A DNA stretch of 64,000 bases from an uncultured Verrucomicrobiae bacterium (GTDB taxonomy: Bacteria; Verrucomicrobiota; Verrucomicrobiia; Chthoniobacterales; JAFAMB01). Position 1 is the stretch's first letter; each line of letters starts with the position of its first letter. Shown piece after piece: positions 60,928 to 64,000 of this stretch. Under the pieces are notes generated by a model. The model had not been told where the DNA came from, did no database searches, and was given only the letters and a program-made list of their open reading frames with translations. The DNA is taken from NCBI GenBank assembly GCA_963762565.1, contig CAVXLD010000013.1, positions 32,001 to 96,000 of the forward strand, read 5' to 3'. Both the position numbers and the translations under genes were made by a program.

Positions 60928-63900
60928 TCACCCCGGTATCGGCACTGTCAGGATGATGCTGGTTCCACAACCGGCAGCAGTTTGGATATCTAATTTCGCG
61001 TTAATTTGCGCAGCTCTTGTCCGCATATTCCGCAGTCCGAAGCCTTCACTTCTCTCCAGGCTAGTATTGGAGATTCCTGATCCATTATCAGTTACTTTAA
61101 GAATGAGATCAGGCGGTTGCCAACTCAGCGTCACGTTTACCAAAGTAGGCTTGGCGTGCCGAACGGCGTTACTGATCGCCTCCTGGGCGAAACGCAGCAA
61201 CTCATGTTGGATGCCCGGCGGTAAAATTTCTTCGGGTACGACGTCGAACTGGAAAACACAGCGCAACCGACCGGCAACGTTTGAGTGTTCAACTAAACGT
61301 TGCAACGTGGTAGTTAATCCTGATTCCTCAATAGCGTTGGAACCTAAGCTAAGAATGGATCTGCGGGCTTCAGCTAATCCAAACTTTGCTATTTCGTCGG
61401 CCCGGCGAATTTGGTGGAGCGGATCGCCTTCGTTCGCAACTAATTGCTCCCCGGCAACTCCGAGCTGCATCGAGATACCGGTGAAGCTTTGAGCCAGCGA
61501 ATCATGAATCTCAGCAGCAAGCTGATTTCTCTCTTCCAGAATGGCAGATTGCCTGGCGCATTTCGCTAGTCGAGTTAGATGAATGGCCAAGCTGGCTTGA
61601 GTCGCTAAGGCTCTTGCGATCTCCAGCTCCTCCAGACGAAAATCACGCTCCTCGGTGAAACGAAACGTCAGCCGCCCGTTTGGCTGACCCCGGGAAATCA
61701 GAGGAACGATCAACAATGTCTTGACGCCGAGCTGATGCAGGTAAGACCTCTGATCATCAGGCATGGGGGAATCCGGATCAAGAGTATGAATGATCGCCGC
61801 CGGCGGGTTCAAAAAAGTGGCGACACGTTGTTCGTCTTTGGTTCGGGTAAGAGGAGAGTGATAGAGGAAATGAGGATCAAATTGCTCCACCGAGACCGAC
61901 TGCCAGCGTTCGGGATAATTCGCTTCGTCCGGAGTCATCACCCGGCCATCTTGAAAGACGAGCTCCAGAGGCAGCGTATTTTGCTCAAAATTGCGCACTC
62001 GTAGGGTAGAAGAAACCGCACCCAACTGCCGGGTAATCGCAGCCATCACTTGCCCGAGGAAATCATCCAGTTCAGGCACCGAGGCCAGCGCATCCAAGCA
62101 CTCTCGCAGAGCCTCGTTTGCTTTTGCCAACTCGGTGGCGCGCCGCTGCGCAAAGAGTTCGCGCTCGCGTGCCATGGCTGTTCGCATTTCTTCGGCGCGC
62201 TTCGAATCGGTCACGTCCATCGCTGTGCCGATAAACTCCAGAACGCCTGAGTCGCTAACGACCGGGTGGCCCACCGTGTGGACATATTTTATCGATCCAT
62301 CTGGCAGAACGATCCGGTACTCCTGTTCAAAATCACTTCCTTCGCGAACCGCCTGATCAATGGTCTGCTCCGCACGACCTCTGTCCGCCGGGTGGATTCG
62401 TTGGAGAAACATCTGAAATGAGGGCAGCGCCTTATCCGGGTCGAAACCAAAGATACGAAAATGTTCTTGCGACCAGTACGCAACGCCGGTTGTGAAATTC
62501 CAAGCCCAGCTCGCGGTGTGGCTTATTTTCTCCCCTTCGGCCAAGTAGGCCTCACTCCGTCTAAGCTCTGTATTCACCCGGTTGAGGTCAGCATAGAGTC
62601 GCGCATGATCTAAGGAGATCGCAGCCTGCGAAGTCAGGATCTCCAGCATGGCCAGCCGCTTTGCTGTGAACACGCGAGGCGCCAAATTGTTCTCCAAATA
62701 GAGGATACCCACTAAGTTGACCTGCTTGACCAGAGGCAAACAAAGCACGGAGCGAGGACCTCGATGACGAACGTATTCGTCCTGCGAAAACAGGTTCTGG
62801 GTCGAGGCGTCATCAAGAATCACGCTCTCCTGGGTTCGAATCACGTACTGAAGAAGCGAGTCGGGTAAGTCAGAGGGCCCTACCGGCACATCTTGCAGTT
62901 GCACAACGACCGCGTCGCGCCGGGTTTTGGCTTCCGCTGCGATTCGAAGTTCTTCGCCATGCGGCAGAATCAAAAAGCCACGCTCGGCGCCAGCGTGTTC
63001 AACCGCGATCGTCATGAGTGCTTTGATCAATTTCTCCAACACAATCTCGCTGGAGACGGCGTGCGATGCCTTCATTACCGTCTCCAACTCGAATTGCTCA
63101 ACCGACGTGCCGATTGTTATAGTGGGTTGGACAAAAGCACGCTCTTCGATTGCGGGGTAACGTTCGTCGAGCTGTTTTACCTTGCCCAGCGCGCCCCAAC
63201 GCAGAAAGCAGTGGCGGGCGTCACGGAGGTAGGAACGCGCGGCTTTTTCGATGCCACGTTTTAGGTAGAACTGGGCTGCCAGCTCGTTGGCGACGCCCTC
63301 GTTCTGCACAAACCCATTCTCGCGCGCCGCCCGGATCGCCTCCTCGTACAACCGCATGGCATCAAGGTCCCGCCCTTCGAGGCGAGCAAGCTCAGCTGAC
63401 ACCAATGTGTGTTTGTCGCCGAAAGTCGGTGGATAGTTTTCGGCCCACTCGAGCAGTTGTTCCCGGTGCGTCGTTAGCAGGGCGTGCCACTCAGTCTGTT
63501 CGTCAGCAGTAGCGTTCTCGTAGAGTGCCGCTACCGTCAGAGCGGTGTAGTAAAAGTAGTCGAGTAACTGGATCCAAACGGCCGACGCCCAAAGCAGCTC
63601 CTTCGCCTTGTCGGCTGCTGCCAGCGCCTCAGCGTAGTCTCCCGACAGGAACCGCGTCTTCAGTTTGACGATCCAATAGAGGGAGACCATCGTGGGAATC
63701 CGGTCCTCCGTTAGGCGCGCCTCGAAGGCTGCCTCGTCGAACTGCGCATCTCCGAAGGTGGAGAAGGTCGCGGTCCGTCCTTGCATCGTCGCGATGAAGC
63801 GTTGATAGCTCACTAGAGCATCCGCCATATCGCGGAACCCGCCCTTCCGGACGAAGTCCAGGCTCTTCTCGGACTCGAGCCACACCGCCTCGAGCGGATC

Positions 63901-63999
63901 GTTTCGTAATAGAAGCCAATGAACGGACTGGCACATGCTGTAGCAAGCGAAGGTCAGATCACCCGTCTCAATTGCGATGCGAATGGTCGCCCGATTAAA
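60928..63999 (-). CDS. Multi-domain sensor histidine kinase, C-terminal part (helical/TPR region, GAF, PAS, GAF, HisKA_3, HATPase)
   Basis: GILYLEN GAF, IHPAD PAS, EIHDSLAQ, QEAISNAVRHA, DNGSG, GFGL; frame stays open to the window end. Confidence 0.9.
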   Translation of the reverse strand, partial: FNRATIRIAIETGDLTFACYSMCQSVHWLLLRNDPLEAVWLESEKSLDFVRKGGFRDMADALVSYQRFIATMQGRTATFSTFGDAQFDEAAFEARLTEDRIPTMVSLYWIVKLKTRFLSGDYAEALAAADKAKELLWASAVWIQLLDYFYYTALTVAALYENATADEQTEWHALLTTHREQLLEWAENYPPTFGDKHTLVSAELARLEGRDLDAMRLYEEAIRAARENGFVQNEGVANELAAQFYLKRGIEKAARSYLRDARHCFLRWGALGKVKQLDERYPAIEERAFVQPTITIGTSVEQFELETVMKASHAVSSEIVLEKLIKALMTIAVEHAGAERGFLILPHGEELRIAAEAKTRRDAVVVQLQDVPVGPSDLPDSLLQYVIRTQESVILDDASTQNLFSQDEYVRHRGPRSVLCLPLVKQVNLVGILYLENNLAPRVFTAKRLAMLEILTSQAAISLDHARLYADLNRVNTELRRSEAYLAEGEKISHTASWAWNFTTGVAYWSQEHFRIFGFDPDKALPSFQMFLQRIHPADRGRAEQTIDQAVREGSDFEQEYRIVLPDGSIKYVHTVGHPVVSDSGVLEFIGTAMDVTDSKRAEEMRTAMARERELFAQRRATELAKANEALRECLDALASVPELDDFLGQVMAAITRQLGAVSSTLRVRNFEQNTLPLELVFQDGRVMTPDEANYPERWQSVSVEQFDPHFLYHSPLTRTKDEQRVATFLNPPAAIIHTLDPDSPMPDDQRSYLHQLGVKTLLIVPLISRGQPNGRLTFRFTEERDFRLEELEIARALATQASLAIHLTRLAKCARQSAILEERNQLAAEIHDSLAQSFTGISMQLGVAGEQLVANEGDPLHQIRRADEIAKFGLAEARRSILSLGSNAIEESGLTTTLQRLVEHSNVAGRLRCVFQFDVVPEEILPPGIQHELLRFAQEAISNAVRHAKPTLVNVTLSWQPPDLILKVTDNGSGISNTSLERSEGFGLRNMRTRAAQINAKLDIQTAAGCGTSIILTVPIPG

Positions 64000-64000
64000 A

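Overview
Bacterial chromosomal window with moderately high GC. It is probably from a soil Verrucomicrobiota (Chthoniobacterales-like) organism; this is inferred from the repeat types and small conserved proteins, not proven. Bases 1-19.6 kb are housekeeping: OPT transporter (partial), kbl, kefC/kefF-type K+ efflux, bioF, TPR protein, proC, a MacAB-like ABC exporter, clpB and tRNA-Ala(CGC). After the tRNA lies an accessory region. It holds a repeat-built beta-propeller, Tat-MsrB, an aspartyl protease, MscS, a deaminase/xanthine-dehydrogenase-like/porin operon, an exported MTA/SAH nucleosidase with a long unknown C-terminal domain, an extra sigma-70, paoABC and TetR-EmrAB. It also holds a sulfite-oxidase-family enzyme, YdeP/FdhF, a CMD protein, a di-heme peroxidase, Tat-oxalate decarboxylase, a partial multi-sensor histidine kinase and many gene remnants, including a cydA-cydB deletion fusion. 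The most unusual non-genic signal is a set of dispersed REP/REPIN-like nested inverted-repeat elements. Their short stem blocks are conserved, while each hairpin loop is a highly divergent sequence of nearly fixed length (66-71 nt in 8 of 10 arms). No CRISPR array, integrase, transposase or reverse transcriptase was recognised.
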